64,000 nt of DNA. Origin: the human T2T-CHM13v2.0 reference genome, Homo sapiens. Numbering within the stretch: position 1 is the stretch's first letter; every line of letters begins with the position of its first letter. Positions 40,014 to 52,890 of the stretch are shown piece by piece. Under the pieces are notes generated by a model. The model was not told where the DNA came from. It saw only the letters and a list, made by a program, of their open reading frames with translations, and made no database searches. Where the stretch lies: the NCBI RefSeq assembly GCF_009914755.1, contig NC_060926.1. One strand, given 5' to 3'. A program made the position numbers and the translations under genes.

Positions 40014-40336
40014 GGCTGGGCACGGTGGCTCACACCTGTAATCCCAGCCATTTGGGAGGCCCAGGCGGGTGGATCACTTGAGCTCAGGAGTTTGAGACCA
40101 GCCTGACCAACCTGGTGAAACGCTGTTTCTACTAAAAATACAAAAATTAGCTGGGCATGGTGGCACATGCCTGTAATCCCAGCTACTCGGGAGGCTGAGG
40201 CAGAAGAATCACTTGAATCGCTTGAGTCCGGGAGGCGGAGGCTGCCATGAGCCGATATCGCATCATTGCACCCCAGCCTGGACAACAGAGTGAGACTCCA
40301 TCTCAAAAAAAAAAAAAAAAAGAAAAACAGAAAAAC
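40014..40336 (+). mobile_element. Full-length AluS (Sx/Sz-type) with internal 9-bp duplication
   Basis: Complete Alu; TSD agaagaggttca at 40002-40013 and 40337-40348; gaatcactt-gaatcgctt duplication. Confidence 0.97.
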
Positions 40337-42228
40337 AGAAGAGGTTCAAAGGAGGAAAGGAACAGGTCTCCCCTCTCAAATCCATCTGCCATCTTCTTGC
40401 TGCTGCCAACAGAGTCCAGGCTGGGGAAGCGTATCCCAAGGAGAGAGGACACAGGAACCGTCACTCTTCTCAATCACATGTAAATGACTTCACACCTTTT
40501 CCTAAAGGGGGCAGACAGGGATCCTCTGCAGGTCCTCCTGCTCCCTAAGGGAGCTGTACAGTAAGGAGGACCGAGGTCATGAGGTCAGGGTTGCTGGTGA
40601 GCACCCCACTGCCACGTGTGCAGTGTGCAGACTGTGCCCTCTGGCCACGAAGTGGCCTCTGACTTGGCCATTCTGAGAGGTCGGCGGCTGCTAAGGGTAG
40701 CATGGGTGCAGGCTGGGGGCCCTGCACCTCCTTAGCAGGCTCAGAGGCAATTAGGAGCCTGACTGACATTTTTTTTTTCTCAATACAAACTCACTTCCAT
40801 CCTGCTTTACTCGTACAAGCTGACAATATTTCAACTCCAGGTAGGAGACTCACGATGCTGTCATAAAGTACATGTGGAGAAGAACTGTGAGGTAAATGCA
40901 TTTCACTGGAAGTCAATTTTGTCTGGAAGTTTCCTTGTGGTTGGAAGTTTCTTTGAAAACTTGGTGATTATTAAGATGTCAGTGACAGGAAGATATTTGC
41001 CGCTGCCTCCCTGCTCCTGGCTGCGTCTGCTCTGACAGTTCTCCTCCTTGAGCCTCTGCACAGAGCAGGGCAGACACTAAAGGGTGGTGGGTGGCAAAGA
41101 AAGGTCACTGAGCCTGGGCACTGCGATGCTTGGGGTGCAAAGACCCTGCCAGGTTTTTCTCCCCTTCCACGTGTGGCAGATCCCAGACAAATATGCAGCC
41201 AAAAAATGTCACAAACACACGCAGGTGTTCAATGATCTTGGGGTGGCTGTAGAACCTATCTTTGAAGGGGCATTAGTAAGCCCTTTGGTCACACAAAAGC
41301 AGGAGAGAAGAACAGGGTGATGAAAGAGGACCTCAAACTGCCCTTCCTGATGATGGAAGGGTTGTCTGCCCTCCCTGTGGCCAGAGTAAAAGCTCTGGGA
41401 GGGTTACTTTGAGCTTAACCATTTTTGCTTGGGCTCCCTAGAGTTGTGGATGACAGGATATGAGACTCTGGACCTGTGGAGAAAGGGAGGAGAGAACTCC
41501 GGAGAACTGCCCTCTGGGAGTGCCCAGCAGCTTGTTGGGGCATGAGGGTGTATTCCTGAGTGCAGGAGTCAGGGGCGCTGCTGCCTGAAGGGATCTGCTC
41601 CCCACCGTGGGATTGCATTGCTGACTGGCACTGGAAGCAGTGTGTTCCGATATTCACCTTGGAGGCCTTCCTTCTCAGCATTGTCTCCTCTTGGTTTATC
41701 CTCAGAGGACATGAAGTTCTACATTTCACAGCTAAGTGCCAGGCTTATGTAGGGACTAAAAGGTGAGAGGGTGCCCACATGTTGGGAGAAGCTAAGCAGA
41801 AGCATGGGGCACAGGAGGGACCTTACAAATGAGAGGTCGGCAGGGAAGGGCTCCAAGCACTGCTCTGAAACCAGCAGGGAAGAGCTGCCCCTGGGGGACC
41901 TGAGCACATGCCTTTCCTGGGCTCACAGCAGTCCTAACAAAGGGGAATCTGTAGTCCTAACAGAGGGGAACCTTCTGGGAGTCATGGTCTTTCTACAGCC
42001 ACAGAAGAGGTCCTCAATTATTTTTATCTGCATAGAGAAGACTGTGGTGATCCTGGAAGACAGGAAAATTAGGAATACTTGCATTTCCCTACATATCTCT
42101 CATTAAGCACTCTATGTATTCACTCATAGACACCTGTTGAACATTACTTTGGGTCAGGCTCTGTCAAGGGTGTGGAGGAGAAAAAGACCGAGTGTCTGTC
42201 CTTAATAATCTTCCTCTGGCTATTGCTG

Positions 42229-42270
42229 GATGATGATGATGATGATGATGACGATGATGGCAACGATGAC
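42229..42270 (+). repeat. (GAT)7 plus degenerate units
   Basis: Read directly from the sequence. Confidence 0.95.
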
Positions 42271-45200
42271 TATTACAGCAGAGTCTTTCATGACAGGAAG
42301 TTCGCAGCCTTTAAGGGGGATGCTGGCTCTGCCCAGAACTGGCGTAGCTCCTGCATGAACTTTGGCTTGGACTGCTGTCCCTGGAGTCAGCTGTCGGCTG
42401 TGGCGTCCTTATGAGAAACAATAGGAATCTCAGGAGCAAGGAGAAGCACTCACCCTTATTCTGCTGAAATAATCCTATTCTGAAAACTCCCCAGAGTCAA
42501 GAGCAATATGCATCTAAGTTAGAGTTGGAATTTTGAAGATGAAGTCAAGTTTCCGTCCAGGTCATGCATCTTGAAATTTCATGTCTCTCTCTTTATATTC
42601 TTTATCCTGTCATCAGGGTGCCTGGTCCACTGGACTGTAGTTTTCTGGAGGACAGAAACTGTCTCCAGGGAGCTGAGCATGGGTCTGAGTACCTGGCACG
42701 CCCTATCTCGGCTGAATTGAACACGGGGCACAGCACCTACTTCAGAGGGATTTCCTGTTTTCTGCCAGGCAGCTTGAAATTAGCAGCCATGGGTGGTCAT
42801 GGTCTCCTTGAGCAGGGGTTTCTGGTTGGCAGCCTCAGCCTTCTCCTCTGTGCCCTTTAATCCCTGCCTTTGGGCCTCCTTGATTCTCCCACCTGGAGAC
42901 AACAGGGCCCACATTTCCCTCTCTGAATCCTGTGTTCCAGAAGGACTCTGGTGTTAGAGAATGGTCCACCTGCTTCAGCAGCCGGGAGCTGTGTTCTCAG
43001 CTTGACTGCTCCAGGGGGAAAAATGATATTTCCTGGCAGTCAAGTTCTCTGCTGTAGCCTGTGCCTCTGAAAGATTTATTATTTGGTCAGGCTGCTCCAA
43101 ACCTTCACTCTGCTGGGTATCTTCCTGATGGAGCTCCCTGGGGCCAGTGCCCAGAGGGAGTCCTGGGGCCACTGCTGCACAGAATGTGAGCCAGAGTAGT
43201 GGGCATCACTGATTTTCCTGATCCAACTATGGCCTGGAAAGGCTGCGGGAGACAGAGGCTCTCCATCTCAGAGCTTTGTCCATTGAAATGCTAGTGTTCT
43301 GATGATCCAGACAGCATGGGAAGAGTTAGGACCAACTGGAGTTTTACTGGATGTGTCAATGAAAGTAAATGTGGCATGTATTTAGAAGAAGTGTGCACGC
43401 ATGTGTGAGCGTGTGTGCCTGTGTCTGTGTGTAGATCTGTGCAAGTATGGGTCTGTATGAAAACACCCCCAAAGATTAGTATTTTAATATGTAAATCTGG
43501 AAGAAAACACTGAGCTACAGCTTTAGTTGAAATATTTTCTTAACTACTGTACTGTAATGAGGAAAGTACTTGACAAAAGAATAAAACATGAAGTCCAGTT
43601 TCCTTTTGACAGGTCCATCGCCGCACCCCAAAGTCTGCTTCCCATCCTGTCTCACTGCCCTGGGCACCCACGTTCACACGTGCTGAGCCACAGGCAGATG
43701 GGGCGTGGCTGGCTCCTCGGGGCCCGCGCAGGCCCAGGGGGCAGCAGCTGTGCCTTTGCTCCGCTCCACTTAGCTCTACAATTAGGAGAACTGCTCTCCG
43801 TGACTTTTAAACTTTGAGGGTGAAGGGCATGATGCCAATTTTCGGGTGTGGCATTTCTGTGAATGAGCAGGAGACAGTTGGGGAGCTATAAACGTGCATA
43901 TTACGAAGCAGCATGGAGCAGCCGGGTCTCAAAGGCTGATGTTTTTCTCATATCCCACGGTTTTATGGCTCCATACCTTTAAATATTCATTTCCATTGCT
44001 CTACACGAGGACATAAAGTCAGACTGTGCTCTCACAAGTCCTGGTAGGTGCCCATCTCTGCAGTCCTTACAGTGGCTTCCTTAGGAGAGCTGGGCAGAGT
44101 CTTATCATCCCCCAACTCTGCAGAAAGAGGGACAACTCCAAGCCGAAAGAGCTGGCCTGGCAGCCCCTCGGAGGGTGACACAATCGAGTCAGCCTGCCAG
44201 TGTCCTCTGCTAAGGGTCACCTCTACATACTCTTCTCCTTATTCTTCTGCTATCAGACCTGGTTAATGCATTCTATGTATACGTCTGTGGGTAACTCATA
44301 AGGGAAGAATTAGACACCCCTCTATGTTTACAAACCCAGTTCTTGCCACAGCTTCTGAAATATCCTGGATGTTCAACTACTATTTGTTGAACTAATGAAT
44401 GATTCTCCTTTTTGGTGACTTATATGTTCTTCAGTGACTGGAGCTTTCACATATACACAATATCAGGTTGTGAATAAAATATGCAATGGGAAGACACAGG
44501 AAGCTACACTGTCAGGTGAAGTTACCAAGTTATTTGTTCACTTCTTCACTCACTTCCAGTCCCCAGAGCCTGGCTTTCTTCCTCGACATGAGGCCTGCAG
44601 CTTAGAGGTTAACAGAGGCCAGACCAGTCACAGGCTCCTGAGCTTCAGCTGCAGTTAAGGATTCTGTTCAAGCGTGTGGTCCTCTGCTAGCCGAAACTCT
44701 TTGGCTGAAGAGAATGCCTTGGCTGCAGCAATTGCTTGTAATTTATAACAGACGGGCACAAGCAGAATGCTCCCATTTCTTCGAACTTGGACATATTATA
44801 AAATAGCTGATCAGGCTGCATTGTTTTAGGTCTATACACAGCCACTGTTCCTGGACAGTTATAGAGTTATCAGGAAATCTGCTCCTGGCGGGGAGGACCC
44901 TGGACAAACATTGAACTCAACCATTTTATGACTGTGTGTTTGATTTTCTTAGAATGACACCCTTGCACACTTCATCTAAGGCCAAACTAGTGAAAGGTAG
45001 CCATTGAATGAGAAAGGAGGCTCAGATTCAGAGTCATAAAATGTTGAAATGTGTTGTTATACTATATAATGATAGAACACCTGTCTGCCCCAGCATTTCA
45101 TAGACATTTACAATCTCCTGCATATATTGTATTTCTTTAAAAGACCTGGATACACCACACTGAATGAACAAATTGTCCCCACCCTTGTGCTGCTGGTTTG

Positions 45201-45479
45201 ATTATAAGAATGTTAATGACATGGGGTAGCGGCAGGAATGTGACCAACAGGCCCCATGTACTGGTATTTCTCATGAAGCATGAAGCTACAGCCGCCAAAC
45301 CCACACCTGGCTCCTCAACCTCACGTTACCTTGCAACCTATGACTTAAAGGGATCACTTCTCCTTCCACATACTTCTATGCAGCTTTGTGTTGTCAGTGT
45401 TGCCACTGACACCAACTGTATGACCAGAACTCCTAAATCACAGGTTACAAAACTCTTCCCCATCCACCAGTGACCTTGA

Positions 45480-45655
45480 GCTTCACACCACTCCTGTGAG
45501 GTAGATCAGGTGCCTATTGCCCTCTATTTTTACAGATCTAAGAAATAAGACTCAGCGAGATGAAGTGACTTAGAACCATCTCATTGATTGGAGAGTGGGC
45601 TGACACCAGAACTCAGGACTTCTGAATTCTAATCCCATGCTGTCTACACTGCCAC
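45480..45655 (-). mobile_element. MIR
   Basis: cctgtgaggtag...attttacagat...gatgaagtgactt...aggacttctga. Confidence 0.75.
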
Positions 45656-46269
45656 CCTAGGGTACATGCTGCCACCCTAATCCAAGAAGTGTCTTTCGGA
45701 AAAGGAAGGTCAGGTTCTCCCTACAAGTGCTTGACTTTAACAAGTTCTTTCGGTGATCATCTTCAGAGTGTCTTCAGCCAACACTGGTTTTAACCCTGAG
45801 CGCTCTCATTTCCAGCCTCTCCCCTCCATTTCTGAGTGCTGACCTGATGCCATTCCAGAACTGCAAATGAAGCTATTCCTGATGCCTCCTTCTGCTTTCT
45901 GCCTTTCTATGTATTCTTTAAGAAGACTCGAAGTATGTGGGCCTGGGTGACGAGAGAGTGTGGGTTGTTCTTGCTGGCCCCTCCTTGGAGAGAGATTATA
46001 GGACAGAGCATAGGTGAGCGCAGCTATGCAAGTTGCACAGCAGGGACTTAATAAGGTTAGTTACATTACAACTTCAGAATCAGAACAGTGATCTAAGGTG
46101 GAGAATGGGCTAAATGGTGAGTTAAGGACATTTGCCTTTGGGGTCTCCTCTTTCTTCTGGCAATTCTTCCAACACCTCTTTTCATCTTCAGAGGATTTGT
46201 GCTTTTCCAAACATGTTCTCAGAAAAGGCATGAAATTCACCCATTCCGTTTTAAAGACTGGTGCTTTAA

Positions 46270-46711
<442 letters not shown>

Positions 46712-47584
46712 TAGATGGCCACCTCAGGGTCAGCTGCCCAGGGGATGCTGCTCTGGGAGGGGTGAATAAATTTATCCTGCCAAGGCTGGGGGTCTGGCAC
46801 TTGGAAAAGATTTAAGACGCTGCAGCATTGCACCGGTAAGCTGTGCTTTCCACTCAGTTCTGGGTATATCACAATTCCTTTCCTTCCAGACTCAACTGAA
46901 TTAATTAGGAAAGGGAAAGAGCCCCAGTGACTTGTGCTCTGACAAGCCCTTGGTCTCTTTGAGCTCTGGTGACAGGCAGCCAGACTTCAAGGCCCCCATG
47001 CCCTCCTCCTTTTACCCTGCCTGTCAAGAGAAGCTGCTGAGGAGTGGTGCTGGGGCTGGAGGGAGGGCGGCCAGGGAGCAGGTCTCCCTGACATTTGTCC
47101 TTCCCTCACTGCCGACAGCCAACTCCAGATCAGCTCTGTACCCTGCTGCCACAGCCCCCGGACCTCTCACACCAGGGAGACAGCTCGCCTCTAAATTTAG
47201 CAGGAAGAGGGGAAGGGGAGGTCAGTGTGTCCAGGGTGAGGGCTGAAGGTGGAAATGGAATAAAAGAGACAGTGGACAAGCGGGGGCCATGAGAGAGAGG
47301 GGAGAGAGGGGAGGGATTTCTAGTTAGAAGTAGCTGTGACAGATTGAGAGAGGAGAGTATTTTAAAGAGTTTGTAAAATGTAGAGTGTGACTCTTTCACT
47401 GTTAGTACCAGGGAGCATTACTAATGTGTCCTAATGGAACAGTCAGTTTGCATTTGTGAGGAGGTTGAATTAGAGCTCTCTTTTAATGCAGCAGGAGCCT
47501 GTTTGAGCAACTGAAGCTACTGTAACTGGAAGAGGACCAAGGGCATTGCCATTTCTGTCCAGTAGAAAGCAAGGCGGTAGACGG

Positions 47585-47800
47585 GGTGCTTATTAAACAC
47601 GTACTATACGTCCTGACTGGAATTGGCATGTTCTCTTACTTAGCTCACTTAATCCTTACAACAGTTTGGTGGGATAGCTTTCAGGATGATTTTCTTTTTT
47701 TGAATTATGGATTAAGCTGAGGCTTGATTTGTAGACTTTAAGTGACAAGTCTAGGATTCGGCTAGATCTGTCTGATCTTAAACCCGTGCACTTTCCACTC
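47585..47800 (-). mobile_element. MIR
   Basis: ctcacttaatccttacaaca...gctgaggctt...atctgtctga. Confidence 0.6.
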
Positions 47801-48347
47801 CTGTAATAAATGAATATGAATACCCTGAAATCCTCCTACCAGAATGCGAGTCTATGGTTCTAACCTCTTCCTTCAAAAAAAGTCACACTTCTTATATTCC
47901 TTTTAATGGACATGACAATGATTTGTCTTTTTAATTCCCTGGCAATTTTTGTTCCATACTTTCTTGACTTCGGAAACCATTCCGTCTTGAAGGGAGCTCA
48001 GATGAGTTTCAGAAAGTTTTGGTCACCAGGACAGAGCCGAAATGTTGGATCGAAGCCCCTGTGAGCTGGTCAGAGCTATGATGGCTGATGTCTTCGATTA
48101 CCAAGGCAGGCCTACATGCGTTTTCTCAAAAGGGCACCTTTGGGAGGGAGAAGCATTTGGATGGAAACATGTCCCTAACCAGATAGGAGCACCACGTCCA
48201 GCAAGGAAACAACAGCAACATGGAAACAACCTTTGAATTCTCCAATTCTCCAAGGAAGCTTTTTTTTTTTCCATTAAAAACCCAGCTAAATGACAACATT
48301 GAGATTATTCTGCAGTATATTTATTTGTGATTGTGCTATTACCACCT

Positions 48348-48360
48348 GTTGCTAGGCAAC
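48348..48360. promoter_or_regulatory. Palindromic RFX X-box motif GTTGCTAGGCAAC (candidate site)
   Basis: Matches the RFX dimer consensus in non-repeat DNA; binding is not demonstrated. Confidence 0.5.
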
Positions 48361-48651
48361 CAAGAGTTTAAGCAGTTATCAGTGAGAGGTTAACGTTCCC
48401 AGGTCCTACCTCTGGCTCTGCTGGCATTGACCTGGGACTTGGTGCTTGGCAAGAGATGTTCATCTCCCCTAGGCTTCATTCCAGAAATGTGCCTAGGAGA
48501 TGATAGGCACGTCCACACATGTTTCCCTTGACCAAACAGGCAGATGAACGAATGAAGGAAGGAATATCTTTAAAGGAGCTTACTTTTTTTGAGATAACCT
48601 CCCAATGAATTCTGGAAGTAGTTTTTTAAAGTGGAGCAGGCCTCTGAAAGG

Positions 48652-48713
48652 CATGTGAGTGTGAGTGAGCGTGTGCGTGTGTGTTTGTGAGTGTGAGTGT
48701 GTGTGTGTGTATG
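48652..48713 (+). repeat. (GT/GA)-rich compound microsatellite
   Basis: Read directly from the sequence. Confidence 0.9.
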
Positions 48714-48715
48714 TA

Positions 48716-49058
48716 CTGTCATATGCTGCATAATACTGTTTTGGTCAATCAGAAATCATCTATATGATGGTTGTCCCATAAGATTATAATACCACATTTG
48801 TACTGTGCATTTTCTATGTAGGTATGTTTAGATACACCAATACTTACCATTGTGTTACAACTGCCTATGGTATGCAGTGGTCACATGCTGTACTGGTTTG
48901 TTGCATAGGACCAATAGACTACACCATACAGCCTAGGTGTATAGTAGGCTACACCATGTGACTTTGTGTAAGTATACTCTGTGATGCTTGCATAGCAATG
49001 AAATTACATAATGATGCATTTCTTGGAACATATCCTTGTAGTTAAGTAGGCATGACTG
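48716..49058 (+). mobile_element. Tigger3a/MER7A-like TcMar MITE, full length, TA TSD
   Basis: ta-ctgtcat...catgactg-ta termini; internal cccataagattataatacc and cagcctaggtgtatagtaggcta. Confidence 0.88.
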
Positions 49059-49132
49059 TATGTGTGTGTATGTGTTTGTTATGTATATGTGCATATGTAT
49101 GATGCATGTGTGTACATGTGTGCATGTGTGTA

Positions 49133-49168
<36 letters not shown>
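49059..49168 (+). repeat. (TG)n/(TATG)n compound microsatellite
   Basis: Read directly from the sequence. Confidence 0.95.
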
Positions 49169-49170
<2 letters not shown>

Positions 49171-51204
49171 CCTGTGTGTTTGGAGGAGGAGAGACAGGGG
49201 AAAGATGAGGTCATGAGCAGTGGAGAAAGGGAAGGTTGGAGGGCTTTGGGGCTCTGTTGACTACATATGCTGCCATGCATGTCACCCTGCAGGTCTAGAG
49301 CCTGGTCCCTCCGTCCCAGTATCATGCTTTTTCTGCATGTTATGATCACTGTTGTTGCCTCCAGTGCCCAGGGCTGACTGGAAAGGTGAGTTGTCTGCTC
49401 TCTGTCTGGCCTGGCCAGGCTGGCTTCTCCCGCCTCGCCTGGTAGATGGGGGTGCTGACCTCCAGAGTGCCGGGAGCATAGGATTCCCTGCTCTGAGCAC
49501 AGATGCAACCAAGTGAGCAGTGCAGGCCTGTTTGTTGTACAGAAAATGACTGCTGCATTATGAAACACAGTTCATTTCTAGCTAACGTGTATTGTTTCCC
49601 CTGCAGCTCTTTTTATGTTAAAGCCTGTCTCTCCCAGTGTTATCTGATGGTTTCCTAGGAGATGCCCTCCCCGGCCAAGCTCTCGCTGATGCTGGAGTTG
49701 GATATTATCTATAAGCACTAAATATCTGCTTTGTTCACTCAGTGCTGCTGCTTTGCTCTTTTTCCCTAGGCTGGTGGCTAGTTTCTTGCCAGCATCCCTC
49801 ATGGCTGTGCAGAGATTGGGAAAGGCTATATCTGCCTTCCCACATCTTCCACAGCTATGGAGATGGGCTCCCAGTCCTCTCTGATGGATTTTACTTACTA
49901 GTAATTTCACATTTCAAGCTAATATTAAGACCTTTTTAGTCACTGGTGGATTTTTGAAATAGAGACAAATTTGAGACACAGCAACATTGCCAGTATTCGC
50001 ATGATGAACAGAGACCCCTTTCTCAGAAGGATAAGTTAAGTAATTTTTTTCTCTTTATACCTCAGCTTCTGTATCTGTAAAATGGAGCCTCTGCAGTAAT
50101 ATCACCATGAACAGTTGCTGCAAACTTCAAGTAGGAGCTTTACTTCCTCTTTCTTATTCTTCTTTGACAGAAAGGTCCAAATATAGCTCCAGGCTGGCTT
50201 TTCACAATGTGATGAGAAGACGGCATTCCTGAAGTTTGAGGGAGGCTGCTGTCACCATGGGAAGGGGGTTTGACAACTTGGGCAGTAGCCACACAAAGAT
50301 ACAATTCCTAATCTGTCAAAATTGCTTTTTCTTAGAAGCTCTGATTATATTAACACATTCTCTATCTGATCTGATGGTGTCTCTTTGAAATTTTCTCCTT
50401 ACAACTGTAATCAAAATCAATCCAATTATATTTAAAAAGTAGGCATATATATTACTTCTGGAATTAAATTTAAAGGTAAATCACATATATCATGGTTTAG
50501 CCATAGATATCTGAAATGAGAAGTGGTGGAAGAGGACAAGTAGGAATTAAAAAAAACAAGAACTGTTAGAAGATACTGCGGTATCAAGTCTCTAAGTATA
50601 AAATCACAGTTCAACTGTTCTCCTTTATGGTACAAGAAGAAGATATAAAAGAAAGATAATAGACCATTATTTAAGGGAAGTAAATAATCCCAAGAGACTG
50701 GATAAGTTAGTATTTATGCCAAAGAAAACTTTCCCCCTGTCTCTTCTTTTCCCCAACCCTCAGCCCTGTCTCAGCTGGAGATCCGTGGAGGGACAGTGTG
50801 TTTTATTGAGTTAATGGCAGAGTCTCCTGAAAATGGAATGAGCACAAGTGCTTAACACATAACAGAGGCTGTGCCTACACTGCAGCTGTTTGCAAATAGA
50901 ATTATGCCACCTCTGCTCTGACAACTTCATGTGTCCGTCCCGTAGCCATTGATCTTTGTCTCTGGATGGACCAACTCTGTGGACAAAGTTTAAGATGACA
51001 GAGTAGAACATCATGAGTAGCAAGCTGAGCCCAATTCTCATGCCCCAGACTCAACTTCACAAGGTGCTACCATGACACGTCACCCAGGCCATCCTCAAAT
51101 TTCTAGAACCTTCTAGCCATTGAGAAAGACCTGAAACTGGGGCCTTGGGAGTACCATTCAAAGAGGTGGCATTCAAACGTGTTAGATTGAGACTCTAAGT
51201 AAGA

Positions 51205-51390
51205 AATATATTTGATAGTGACATCTAGTACACATATACATATATAGATGTACATGCATGTCTATAAAAATGAAACATTTCATAAAACAATCACCTCACT
51301 ATGTAGGATGTACTAGGATATTTTTTATTCTATTCCATTTCATTCCATTACAGATAATTAATTATCACTCTGTAATTAATTTCACTACTC
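51205..51390. mobile_element. Probable hAT-Charlie DNA transposon fragment
   Basis: tttcataaaacaat...actatgt...gatattt...attctatt resembles Charlie-family internal sequence. Confidence 0.4.
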
Positions 51391-51721
51391 TGACACAAAT
51401 CTAGAACCAGGGTTGGGGTAGACAAGAGACTCCTTTGGACAAGTCTTCCAGATTGTCTTCTACCTGCAGACCTGAAAGGGACTCATGGAGCCTCTTGTAG
51501 CAGCCCCTACCATATTTGAATGACATCTGATAAATATTTTAAACAATAAAACAAAACAGGGCATTTAAAAATTGTTATGGATTGTCATTTTGCTTCAGTG
51601 TAATATGAATAAAATACAAGTTATTTTGAACTGAACTTTAATACTATAATTATTAATTTGGTTAGAAGTCAGTTGTTGTCTTTAAATTTATTTTGGAAGA
51701 TGGATAGAAGTAACAGATATC

Positions 51722-52270
<549 letters not shown>

Positions 52271-52699
52271 CTTTCCATACAAGCTTCAAACTGAACTCCA
52301 CCTTCATTAGCTTGGTGAGCGCAGACCGCTGAACTCTTCTAACATCTGTCTTAGAGGTTATGTGTTGGCTGCTGCGTTCAGAGCTATCCTAAAAGTAACT
52401 GAAACAAGGGATTTTTGACTCCATGGCTAAACAGTTCCTGGGGAGCAGACCTTGATTCTACCATTACTTAGAAAACAAATCAAATTAGAGTCAGACTAGT
52501 GATGTTGTCAGAACTTTTCAAACATAAAGACCCATGAATGGACATGTACACTTGGGATCAAAAGCACTCTCCTCTTCCAAACAGCAGTCTACACTTGGCC
52601 TTTTGAGAGGCTGAGCTATTGCCAAGGACTATTTAGATGGAAGATTTGATTGTTGGTCAAGGAGACACTGAAGAAGAGATAAGATGGTGTCCTGGAATG

Positions 52700-52890
52700 G
52701 AAGGAAGGCTCTGGACATCAGAACTTTGGGCCACTGTACTGCTGTGTAAATTTGCGAAACCTACTTAATCCTTATGGACTGTTTCCTCATCTGGAAAATG
52801 AGTTAAATGAGATCCATTTTATAAAATTGTTGTAATGATTATATAAGTAAACACATAGTAATATTATTTGATTTTATTATTATTATTATG
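52700..52890 (+). mobile_element. MIR
   Basis: gctgtgtaaatttgcgaaacctacttaa...tgtttcctcatctggaaaatg. Confidence 0.75.

Noticed and set aside
39869-40306. 145-aa ORF and similar ORFs at 15970, 28485, 33905, 46342, 51738 and 58235
   Set aside because: They are typical Alu-derived translations.
42172-42414. ORF with a poly-Asp tract
   Set aside because: It is produced by a (GAT)n microsatellite, starts at GTG and has no exon context.
48933-49568. Longest ORF (211 aa, minus strand)
   Set aside because: It runs through the (CA)n microsatellite (HTHT repeats) and the Tigger MITE, with no protein-family signal.
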